This document shows positions 54,039-64,000 of a stretch of DNA of 64,000 nt, one piece after another. The position numbers and the translations under genes are program-made. The stretch comes from Felis catus (taxonomy: Eukaryota). The stretch spans positions 217,498,001 to 217,562,000 of the forward strand of contig NC_058368.1 of NCBI RefSeq assembly GCF_018350175.1, written 5' to 3'. The notes beneath the pieces are model-generated. The model made no database searches, was not told where the DNA came from, and saw only the letters and a list, made by a program, of their open reading frames with translations. Numbering within the stretch: the first letter of the stretch is position 1; each line of letters begins with the position of its first letter.

Positions 54039-57000
54039 TAAACATGAGCATGGAGATTCTCCTCCATTATACCAAGAGTAAATTGTGGTCATGGAAGTCT
54101 TATGTTGACATTGAGTAAATATATTCAGGGAGGAACAAAATGTTATTTCAGAATAAAACTGTCATTTGTATATAACTTGCATTCATTTCATTCAATATAT
54201 TTATAAATTGTACTCTTCTAAAATTATAAGAAAATGTAAGTAAACAGCCCACAGGAAAAGAATATGAGGAAATTCTACCTGGAATGAAAATTTGATCCAG
54301 ATTATGGGTTTGGACAAACGTATCCCTAACTATTTATAAACAATATTTTGTTCTATAAAATATGGATTTGGAAGCAGATTTTAATAAATAAGTAACTTTA
54401 AATTATAAAATTCTATATGTATTCAATACAATACGATGGCTTTCTACCAATAAGAGATTTCTTATAAGCTATCAGTGATATATATTTTATTAAAAATTCA
54501 GTTTTAGGTAAGTTTTCTAGATGTAATGATGTTGTTACTCTTTCTTATTCTTGGAATTTCGCTTCTCTAACCTAGAACTTGTATGGAAACTGCTCTTCAA
54601 TTATCTCCATTATGAAACAAAATATTTTAAAGCATTAATTAATCAATCTACTACAAGAATATTTTCCACTAATTTAGTATATAGGAAAGTAAGCATATGT
54701 TAAGTTTACAGAAGGGGTTTTAGTATTTAGGATGTGATTAAAAAGTTTTAAACAACATATATACTAATAAAATGTATCACCTGATATACTAATAACTATA
54801 CATATGCATATATGATACACTAATACGTTACTATTTCTAATATGTTTGGTGACACGTTTTATGTTTTCTCTTTAAAATATAATTATAATATGTAAGAAAA
54901 GATATTACATCCATCTTTTATCCTTTCTCTTATGCTTTAATTTTAAATCATTTGGTGGCTAACACAGACTTCACTTAAACTGTGCCTTATCCACTGCCTT
55001 CTGTCAAATTGAGTACAAATTCATAATGATTAATAGAAAGCTGATTGGTCTGTTCCATGCAATGAACTGTGATGATTTCTTTCTCTTGCTGTTTTTCATG
55101 AACACGTGCTTTCTTACCTTTATTGCAACTTTAGCTTTGCTGCTACTTCCGTTTCCAAGTTTTACTGCTTTGCTTCTATCCCCTTCTCATTATTCCCCAC
55201 CCCCACCACACCTCCACTTCAAAGACAGACTATTTAACTACCAGGGCCTGTCTTCCTTAACTTGGCCTGCATTGTGGGGAGATGATTCAGCAAACTGTAA
55301 CACAAAAGTAGCTTTCCCAACATGAGAAATTCCTTAGATGTGGAGCTAATAAATATTGGTCGATATATTCATGGGTGATTGTAGAAACACTTCTCCATTC
55401 CACCTTCCCCTACTTTCACTTTCTAATTGACTGCCAATGGGTCTTAAAAGGATTAAGTATTACCAAGGTCACAATTCATTAGGAAGAGAAGAGTAGAATG
55501 AGGAGACTTACTCCTACTGACAAGAGTACCATAAGTCCAGGAATGCAGTCCTGCATAAGGATTTTGGAGAATTGGTAAGAAAAATTGAGGTTCAAAAACC
55601 TAAGGCTATCCTTACATTCTGAAGTTTCATAAGGTATGTTGTATGTGGAGACAAATTGGAAAACTGTTTTGATATTGACTGGTTGGCGTCAGGAGACCCA
55701 AAATCGATGCATACAAACTTTTCACATTAAGAAGCTGGTCTTTGTCCCATGTCCATGTAGTAGAAATGACGTCTGTCTTACAGTTTGCAGGTATAGGCAG
55801 AAGCAATGCTTCTCATAACATTAGTACATTAATGTAGTATCCACAATGTGTACAGCCTATTCAGAATCCTGTATGTACCCTTTGTTCTTTTCCCTTAAAT
55901 TCACCATCAGGAAAAAGACCTTCAGATTCTTGGCAATAATTAATTTATTCATCCACCGGATGATTATTTCAGTTTCTTATTTGTGAACTTACTCATTATT
56001 GAGTGCCTGCTCTCAGTCCCTATGCTCTGTGCTGTGGTGAAACATGTGCTAGGGAGAACTTCTCACGGTTGTTGTTTCCAAACAACTTCAGTTGTTAGAG
56101 AGTCTCTTCTTTCCATATGCGACAAAATTTACCTGCTTGTAACTAAGCTTTTTATTTTGTCTTAGCCTTGCCCATATAGTTTGGAATCATTACTCCACTG
56201 CTATCTGATAGCATTAAATTCATTCAAAGAAAACTGCATCGATCTTATACTTAGTCATCAATATAAATATCCCTTATTATTTCACTTTTAATATAAGTAA
56301 CATTTTACAGACTGCCCTACCATTCTAGCTACCCTGTGTGAGGTGAACTTTTGCTTGATGCTGTCTCTAAAACTGAAATAAAAAAATCCTAATGTGAAAT
56401 ATGGGGCACACAATAATTGGGACTAAAAACTCCCTTTTAAAAGCTACTTTTCAAATTAAGCTAAGACCATGTTTTTATCCCTTCTCACTGCTTCCTATGA
56501 CATACACAGAAAAAGAATTATTTATATAATTATTTCTTATAAGATGTTTCCAAATTCTGACAGATATAACCCTTGTCACATCTTACATTGGTCTCTTCCT
56601 GTCTAGTCATTGGGGTGCTCCTCCTGCAAGAATCTTAATATCTCTTTGTTGTATTATTATAATAACCTTTTAATTGCTCACCTCACCTACAATTTCTTTA
56701 ACAACTGATATATTCTACAAAGCATAATTTTGTCAATTAAGAATTTGGTCAAGTAACCCTGTCTCCTGTTACCCTCAGCCCATAATCCCATTACATCTAG
56801 AAGTAAATCAATACTCCTCAGCTTTGAATCCAAGTCTTCAGCAGTTGGTTTATTTTATGTTTTAAGTTTTTGAGCTAAATTAGTACTCTTAGAAATATGG
56901 CCACAGCCTTAAGGAGCTCAAAGTTTAGGCTTCAAATGATCAAAACTATTCTGAAATCTTTACAGAAATATTGTATTTATGATTTAGTGTGAGCTCCCTG

Positions 57001-57578
57001 GAAAAAGGCCAAAGCTTTCATGATATTCATGGAATTTTCATATCACCCCAAAAGAAAATATGGGCTGCTTAACTTGAATCCATAGAATTAAAATATCAAT
57101 ATTTAATAATACTACTTTATTGGAATAAGAGTAAAAATACAGTATGCTGGCAATGTCAACAGACTTAGTTTCTTCCCAGCTCCATTTACTGGTTCTGTTT
57201 TGTTGGTAGGTTATTTTCACTTCTGGGTGCAAATTGTCTCACATATAATATGCAATAAATAAAAAACTTAGAAAGAGTCCTGGGGTCAGACGTCCAAAGT
57301 ACATGAGTTGGAGAAAGTCTTTAATACTTCGGAGTTCTAGGAGCTTAATGTGTTAAGATAGTAGCAGTATCTATATTATAATGTATTATGAGGAAACATG
57401 ATTGTCCTTGGAATAACTTCTGTTATTACTATTATATTATTAAGAATATTATTGCTCAGGTTCATTATATTCAGGTAAAAATTATTGGTACTCCATATAG
57501 AAAAGCACAAGGGACCTAGCTTAATTCAATTAATTTCTTTGTTCTTGAAATTAGGTGAGATAAATCTAGAAGCATTAC

Positions 57579-57581
<3 letters not shown>

Positions 57582-57628
<47 letters not shown>
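57582..57628 (+). repeat. (AT)n microsatellite
   Basis: Direct observation. Confidence 0.96.
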
Positions 57629-57630
<2 letters not shown>

Positions 57631-58132
57631 TATGGCTCCTTAAGTTGACCCAACATACAATGAAATATTTTGTGTTGTAAATTTATTATATTAAAATTAA
57701 TTTAGAATATTTGCTATCATAAATAAATAGTATAAGTTTTATTGCTTGAATTGGAATAAGTATATTACACTTGGATCTTGGAGACAAGAATGAGTTATAA
57801 AAGCCTTTTAAATATAAGTAACATTGGATAAATTTTCAATGGTAATAAAATTTCATAGTATCTCATATTATCACATATTTTTTTTCATCACATATTTTAA
57901 TGCCAGGTATTTAATTTTCCTTTTCTAGCATTTTATGGTTTCTCCCTTTTATTCATTGATTTATATTAGTGAGTATAAAGTGAATGACATTCTTGACCTT
58001 AAAATGAATAGAGCTTATCAAGGTGGTTTATTTGTATAAGAATTTTACTGCAGTTTGGGGAAAAAAAAGTTCAAACAAAATTAGTGGTAATGATTGCTTG
58101 TGAATAACATTGATTAAAATTACCATGGAAGT

Positions 58133-58430
58133 GGGGGGCCTTCATGGCTCAGTTAGTCAAGCATCTGACTGTTGATTTCAGCACAGATCATGATCCCAGA
58201 GTTATGGGATCAAGCCCTGCATCAGGCCTCGAGTCAGGCCCCATGTTGGACCCCGTGTCAGGCCCTGCATTGGGCTCTACCTCACACTCTGTCAGGCTCT
58301 GTATTGACAGCAGAAGCCTGCTTGGGATTCTCTCTCTTCCTCTTCCTGTCTCTCTCTCTCTCTCTCTGTCTGTCCATACCCTTCTCGTGCACTCTCTCTC
58401 CCTCTCAAAATAAATAAACATAAAAAAAAT
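58133..58430 (+). mobile_element. Old Can-SINE with internal 12-bp tandem array
   Basis: Head, CT tract and tail present; internal repeats at 58214-58295. Confidence 0.92.
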
Positions 58431-58569
58431 TAATTAACTTGAAAGTTGTATTTGTGGTCAATATTAACAATTTGATAGTTTATCCATAGTATGCATAAAA
58501 TGGAGTTAATGTTACTTATGAAACACAGAAACCATTTTAAGTTATATTACTTCATAAATTTGTTCTATA

Positions 58570-58920
58570 ATCAGGTATGGATGCCAAATATTTATCAACG
58601 TTTACTATGCATGTTGCATTTTTCTGGGTGCTGAGGTTATAGCAGTAAACATGATAGAAGAGATTCTAATCACAAGAAGGTATTCTCTAGAGGAGTGATA
58701 CAAATAATAAAGAAAGATAAATATGGTATTGATAAATGCTAAGAAAATAGGCAGTGTGGCGGAGAGTTACCGAAGGGGTAGATAGAACAGGTTGTATGAG
58801 GGAAGTTTTATTGAGAAGGTAATATTTGAATTGATTCTGAATGGAGAGAAGGAAATACTATGAGAAACATTATTTTAGGTAGAAGAAATGGCAGACTCAA
58901 AAGCCTGCAATGTTAACAAA
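58570..58920 (-). mobile_element. L2 (LINE-2) 3' fragment
   Basis: caaatatttatcaacgtttactatgc...ggtgctgaggttatagcagtaaac...gagaaggtaatatttgaattg is a typical antisense L2 tail. Confidence 0.6.
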
Positions 58921-59122
58921 TTTTGCTCATTTTATAATATACTCCTAATTACAACCAATTGTAATATATAAACACTACATTGTTATATTATGCCTATTTA
59001 GATAACCTATAAATTTAGTAATAAGAACATGAGCTGAACATTTTCCAGTTTTCATAGTAATGCTATATTAATAATAACCTGCATTCTTACTTTTCTTTTG
59101 CTTCATCAAATAAGTGCTTCCA

Positions 59123-59330
59123 GGGGCGCCTGGGTGGCGCAGTCGGTTAAGCCTCCGACTTCAGCCAGGTCACGATCTCGCGGTCCGGGAGTTCGAGCCC
59201 CGCGTCAGGCTCTGGGCTGATGGCTCAGAGCCTGGAGCCTGTTTCCGATTCTGTGTCTCCCTCTCTCTCTGCCCCTCCCCCGTTCATGCTCTGTCTCTCT
59301 CTGTCCCCAAATAAACGTTGGAAAAAAAAA
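59123..59330 (+). mobile_element. Young SINEC_Fc
   Basis: CpG-intact; TSD AAGT(G/A)CTTCCA at 59112-59122 and 59331-59341. Confidence 0.96.
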
Positions 59331-60698
59331 AAGTACTTCCAATATAATATATTTATTTTTCAGGTATACAAAGTTAAACTTTCATTAAATGTTACTATTC
59401 ATTACAGTAGTGGGAATTTCAGCTGCTATATAGTATTTAAATATTAACTATGAGTGTTCAAGTTATTAAGTTGTCTAGTTTCTCCTTTTATAAGTAGAAG
59501 ACTCAAGCTGAGGCAAGGAAGAATATCTCATTGTGACAAAAACTAATATGCCTGTGTATAGCTCTGTATATTTCTATATTATTAGCTATAATAAAAAGGG
59601 ACTGTTAGTCTTACAAGTCTTCCCTACCACAACACCCCCCAAAGGGAAATCCATAATAGGATTGATTCACCTTTATCCTAAATGTTGAGGGAGGTTCTAT
59701 CCTTTTTGAAGGCACTAGAAAGAGCAGAATCTGTCCTAGAATTTTCTCAAATGCCTTGAAATGTGGATTCCTTTCTATGTGATTTTACCTTGGATATGAT
59801 TTTCATACTTCTAATACAGTTTCCAAAAGAATTTAATCATGTGACTGAAATTCTCTACTTCTAAGGGTGTATTTTCTGCAAGTTCTATTTTTGTCACTTT
59901 GTTCGGTCATGCCTACCTTTATTTTCTGACACTTCCCTGGTTTCTCTTTCTTTTTTACGGATTTCCTCTGTTCAAGGATCTCTAGTTAAATTTTCGGAGA
60001 TAATTATATTAAAAGAACTCTTATTTCTTTGTACCAGAACTCTAGATAAACTTTCGGTTGGCATTCAATATTTCCCTAACCTTATCTAAATTAGATGACC
60101 CCAGTCATATTCTCTTGGGTCTTGGGTAAACAATGTATTTACTGAAAAGTGATCTTTATCCTCACAAAGACTTGTTGGACACCACTCTTTAAAAGGACCT
60201 GTGGACATAGTACTCAATGGATATTGAGAGTTCTACACCATTTGTACAAAGTAGACAATTATAATGACAACATTCTGCTCCCCAGATAACATGTAGATGA
60301 TATGCTTATCACCCTACTTAATAGTGTTTACTTGGCTAAAATGTATTTAATAGTTGTAAAATAAAAATGGAAATGTGGCAATTTGGAGTTTTAAGATCAT
60401 ATCAAAAAGTTTATTGGTTGTTTTCAATGGGGAAATACAAAAGTAAAGGTGTTTTGGGTGAATTTTGTTTTGGATGAATTATGTTTGGTAATTTTTACAT
60501 TGCTTAATAATAAAACTGGTTCATATACCACATTAGAAGGTATGGTATTTATAACGTTTTGTCTGAGCCTAATTCTGTATGTACTAATTCCCTGCTTCTC
60601 CCTTTTCTAGCCAAAATCTGCCTGCCCTTCCCTTGAGCTACAGAGCAGGAACAAATCTCTACAGAGTAGGGAGAAGTATTTACTTAAAGATTAACTGT

Positions 60699-60935
60699 GG
60701 GGCGCCTGGGTGGCGCAGTCGGTTAAGCGTCCGACTTCAGCCAGGTCACGATCTCGCGGTCCGGGAGTTCGAGCCCCGCGTCAGGCTCTGGGCTGATGGC
60801 TCAGAGCCTGGAGCCTGTTTCCGATTCTGTGTCTCCCTCTCTCTCTGCCCCTCCCCCGTTCATGCTCTGTCTCTCTGTCCCAAAAATAAATAAATGTTGA
60901 AAAAAAAATTAAAAAAAAATGTTTAAAAAAAAAAA
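60699..60935 (+). mobile_element. Young SINEC_Fc inserted at the start of a MIR-like element
   Basis: Perfect TSD AAAGATTAACTGT at 60686-60698 and 60936-60948; long A tail. Confidence 0.97.
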
Positions 60936-60948
60936 AAAGATTAACTGT

Positions 60949-61150
60949 AATGGTTAAGATGTCAGATTCTTGAACCAGAAATACCAGCTCCACCTCTTGC
61001 CTACAGTGTGGTCTCATTAATTTATTTCATCTTCCTAAATTTCAGTTTCCTCCTGTGAAAATGATAATTGTATTCGTTAGTGTTGTTGACAATGATTACG
61101 ATCATGCATACATCAAAGTAGCCACTTAGTATATATTAGTATATATTAAT
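60949..61150 (+). mobile_element. MIR fragment
   Basis: aatggttaag...ccagctccacctcttg...tttcagtttcctcctgtgaaaatg...attattatt tail. Confidence 0.6.
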
Positions 61151-61578
61151 TTTGCTTACTATTATTATTAGTAGTAGTAATATTATATTCACAATATACT
61201 CAAACTCTCAGTTCCTAGTACTGTTTTTAGAGAATTTTACCACTGTATTTGGGAAAAGTAGTTACAATATTCTGTACATGTTTGTAGGACTTTCCTTGTC
61301 TAGACTGCAAAAAGAAGTTAAAAAATAAAAAAAAAATAATTATACCAATAGTTGACGAAAAGATGCTTTTGGACCATGCTAAGACTTTACTTGATTAGAC
61401 AACATATTTTCTCCAAAGAAATATACACTGGCTTTTAAAAGTACCATATGATCAATCATGAATGCAGAGAGTAGGAGTAACAATAAGAACAGATTGGAAA
61501 AATTAAAGAAATGTTGTTAAAAATTATTTAAGCAATCACACTTGTAAAAGACAAGGGCCACTAAAAACAAAACAAACA

Positions 61579-61795
61579 GGGGAGCCTGGGTGGCTCAGTT
61601 GGTTGAGCATCCCACTGCGGCTCAGGTCATGATCTCGCAGTCGGTGAGTTCGAGCCCCGAGTTGGGCTCTGTGCTGACAGTTCAGAGCCTGGAGCCTGCT
61701 TCGGATTCTGTGTCTCCCTCTCTCTCTGCCCCTCCCCTGCTCATGCTCTGTCTCTCTCTCTCTGTCAAAAATAAATAAACATTTAAAAAAATTAA
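61579..61795 (+). mobile_element. Can-SINE (SINEC_Fc-like)
   Basis: Complete head, body and tail; AAAC-rich flanks. Confidence 0.95.
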
Positions 61796-62821
61796 ACAAA
61801 CAAACAAAAACCCTCCCAACTATAGGAGTATGAAAAATATGTTTGAAAATTTTTGAAAAATATGATTCTTGGAAAATATTTCTTCAATTTTCATTATAAA
61901 TAAAAATAGAGCCAAGTTATCATAATGGTTTCTAATGATATTACATGCTACTTTAAAATGAAAAAAAAAATATATTCTATAAAATGTGATCTCTCTCTTG
62001 GAAGGGAGATTTTAAATGGAAAAAAAACATGATTCAATATAATTAAGGATTATTATAACAAGAAGAAACCTGACATTTTGTTTGACTGATTTTACAGATT
62101 AAGGATAACAAGCAAGACCCTGAGATGTTTGTTCAAAGTGATCCTAGAAGAGAAAAACCAAGAGTAGAATCCAGGGCTCCAGGAATAGATTATGTGATTA
62201 AGATTATTTTATCACTGTAAATCCTTATATTTTTACAAAATTGTTTTTGATTTATAACCTTTTATGTGTAAAATGTGGCATGCTGGTGAGCATGTGTAGC
62301 TAAAGGTGAAAAATAACCACAATTTGATTCACCACTGTGGTTGGGCCTGGTTGTCTCTACAAACCTTGCTGAATGGATAGATGAAACAACCAAACTCTGT
62401 ATGTAGAGAAAGAAAAAGAGATTTATGCCAAATGATATGCTAAAAGAACTAAAGTGTAGTTGATTAATTATTTACCAAATTTTACATGGTGGGATTCCAC
62501 TCCAAGCTGGTGTGGTAAAGAGAACAATGAATGGGAAATAAAAAGACCAGAGAATAAGGGATGTGCATTCATTTATCAAACTGGGATTTAATTTCTTCAC
62601 TCTAAAAATTATCTACTAGGAAACATCTAAGGGCATTATTAGTTCCAAAGTCAATGGATCTTTGCTTAATCATATTAAACTTTCAATTGTTTATCAAACC
62701 AGCTTCTATCTTGGGGTGGGGGTGGGGGGAGAGCAAACAATAGAAATAATGGAAATGCTTGGTAGTATCCAAAGGCCTGGATAACATGTTCTCATGACTG
62801 GCCCTCTTGAAGACATTTTCT

Positions 62822-62863
62822 TTCTGTCTTTTTAAAGCTTATTTATTAATTTTGAGAGAGAAA

Positions 62864-62895
<32 letters not shown>

Positions 62896-63093
62896 CAGAG
62901 AGAGACAGAGAGACAGAGAGCATGCGCACAAGCAGGGGAAGGGCAGACAAGGGAGAGAGGGAGAGAATCCCAAGCAGGCTCCGTGCTGTCAGGATAGAGC
63001 CCAATGCTGGGCTGGAACCCACGAACTGTGAGATCATGACCTGAGTGGAAATCAAGAGCCAGATGCTTAACCAACTGAGCCACACAGGTGCCC
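62822..63093 (-). mobile_element. Can-SINE, antisense, with expanded GA tract
   Basis: TSD TGAAGACATTTTCT at 62808-62821 and 63094-63107. Confidence 0.95.
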
Positions 63094-64000
63094 TGAAGAC
63101 ATTTTCTGAGATGTGGAGTCCTCTGTGTTAGGTCTAATTGCATCTGTTCAATTGACCTTCTCCATATTGCCTAAATGTCCTCCACTGATACCAGCATTTC
63201 CATGTATAAAAAGAATATGATATGTAATTTCATCATTGTCCACAAATATTCAGAAATGTATCCCTTGGTCATGTCTATAGCACCAGTCTCTTTCAAACAT
63301 TCTGTCTGTTCACAACTATAATAATGAATTCAAATTATCAGCTGCCTAAAAGAAATTAAAGTTTCAGTCACATATTTCAAACCATTTTTGTGTTCAGATA
63401 ATTCAAATAGTGTAATCTGCTCATTTGATTGAACTTAGGTATATATTTGCAGTTATAAAACTGTGCTATTTTTGCATTATTTACATATACAAATTATTTC
63501 TATATTATAGCAAAGATTGCACAATATGGAACAATTTGTTAATACAACTGTTCAGTCTTTGGGAAAAAAAAGAAAGTATGTCAGTTTGCCAATTTTAAAG
63601 ACAAAATTGGATTCATTTGAAGAACAAACAATTCTAATGTCAAATGAATCCCTAAAAAACATTCAATTTGTAAAAGACCAGATTTTTTGAAAAAGAAATT
63701 AAAAGTCAGTTATTTCTTTGAGACATTATATATTGGAATATTTTAATAAATCTGTCCTCGGATACCATATCATTGATTTATGTCAACAAATAATCTGTTG
63801 GTAACTTTAGGTTTTAGACCCCTCAGTAAAACCGACAAGAAATTACTATCCTTAGCCATGTTTTATCTATAGTGTTATGAGAGTAATAAGAAAAGCATGA
63901 ATGTGTAAGATAACTTCTCCCAAATCACAAAAGAGCAACACCCTCTGTTTCAACGTATTGTCTTGAGAAAACATAACAATACCAATATCTGATAGTCAAT

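Noticed and set aside
58214..58295. CRISPR-like array
   Set aside because: There are no spacers; it is a tandem 12-mer inside a eukaryotic SINE.
59123..59210. tRNA gene
   Set aside because: The A/B boxes belong to the tRNA-derived SINE head; the same holds for all SINE heads here.
18724..60893. Recurrent peptide GAPGWRSRLS...LQPGHDLAVREFEPRVRLWADGSEPGACFRF as a small-protein family
   Set aside because: These are translations of SINEC_Fc copies bounded by TSDs; the MAQSVK...AQVMIS ORFs are another frame of the same SINEs.
47010..64000. Cadherin coding exons
   Set aside because: I found no cadherin-like peptide (signal/pro region, WNQFF, DXNDN-type motifs) in the ORF track or by eye; the coding exons are presumably beyond the window.

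Overview
This is mammalian, not microbial, DNA. It is AT-rich felid (cat-like) genomic sequence, judged by about 20 tRNA-derived Can-SINEs (four young SINEC_Fc-type copies) and carnivore/felid LINE-1 fragments. I find no intact protein-coding sequence: the ORF-track entries are SINE/L1 read-throughs, microsatellites or chance ORFs. The one clear gene signal is a promoter (CCAAT box, TATA-like box, local CpG enrichment) and a non-coding first exon at about 46885-47009 (+) with a canonical donor. From memory this resembles the 5'UTR exon of human CDH9 (cadherin 9); that call needs BLAST confirmation. If right, 1-46.8 kb is upstream intergenic DNA and 47010-64000 is the start of intron 1. I see no evidence of a new multi-gene system. 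The best observations are retrotransposition and repair signatures: two independent SINE insertions at the same nucleotide of two L1 3'UTRs; a mini L1 with a 3' transduction; a twin-primed inverted L1; one endonuclease site used twice; a 130-bp tandem duplication with a templated junction insert; and a 12-bp minisatellite born inside a SINE. Repeat subfamily names are from recall of consensus sequences, not from a RepeatMasker run.
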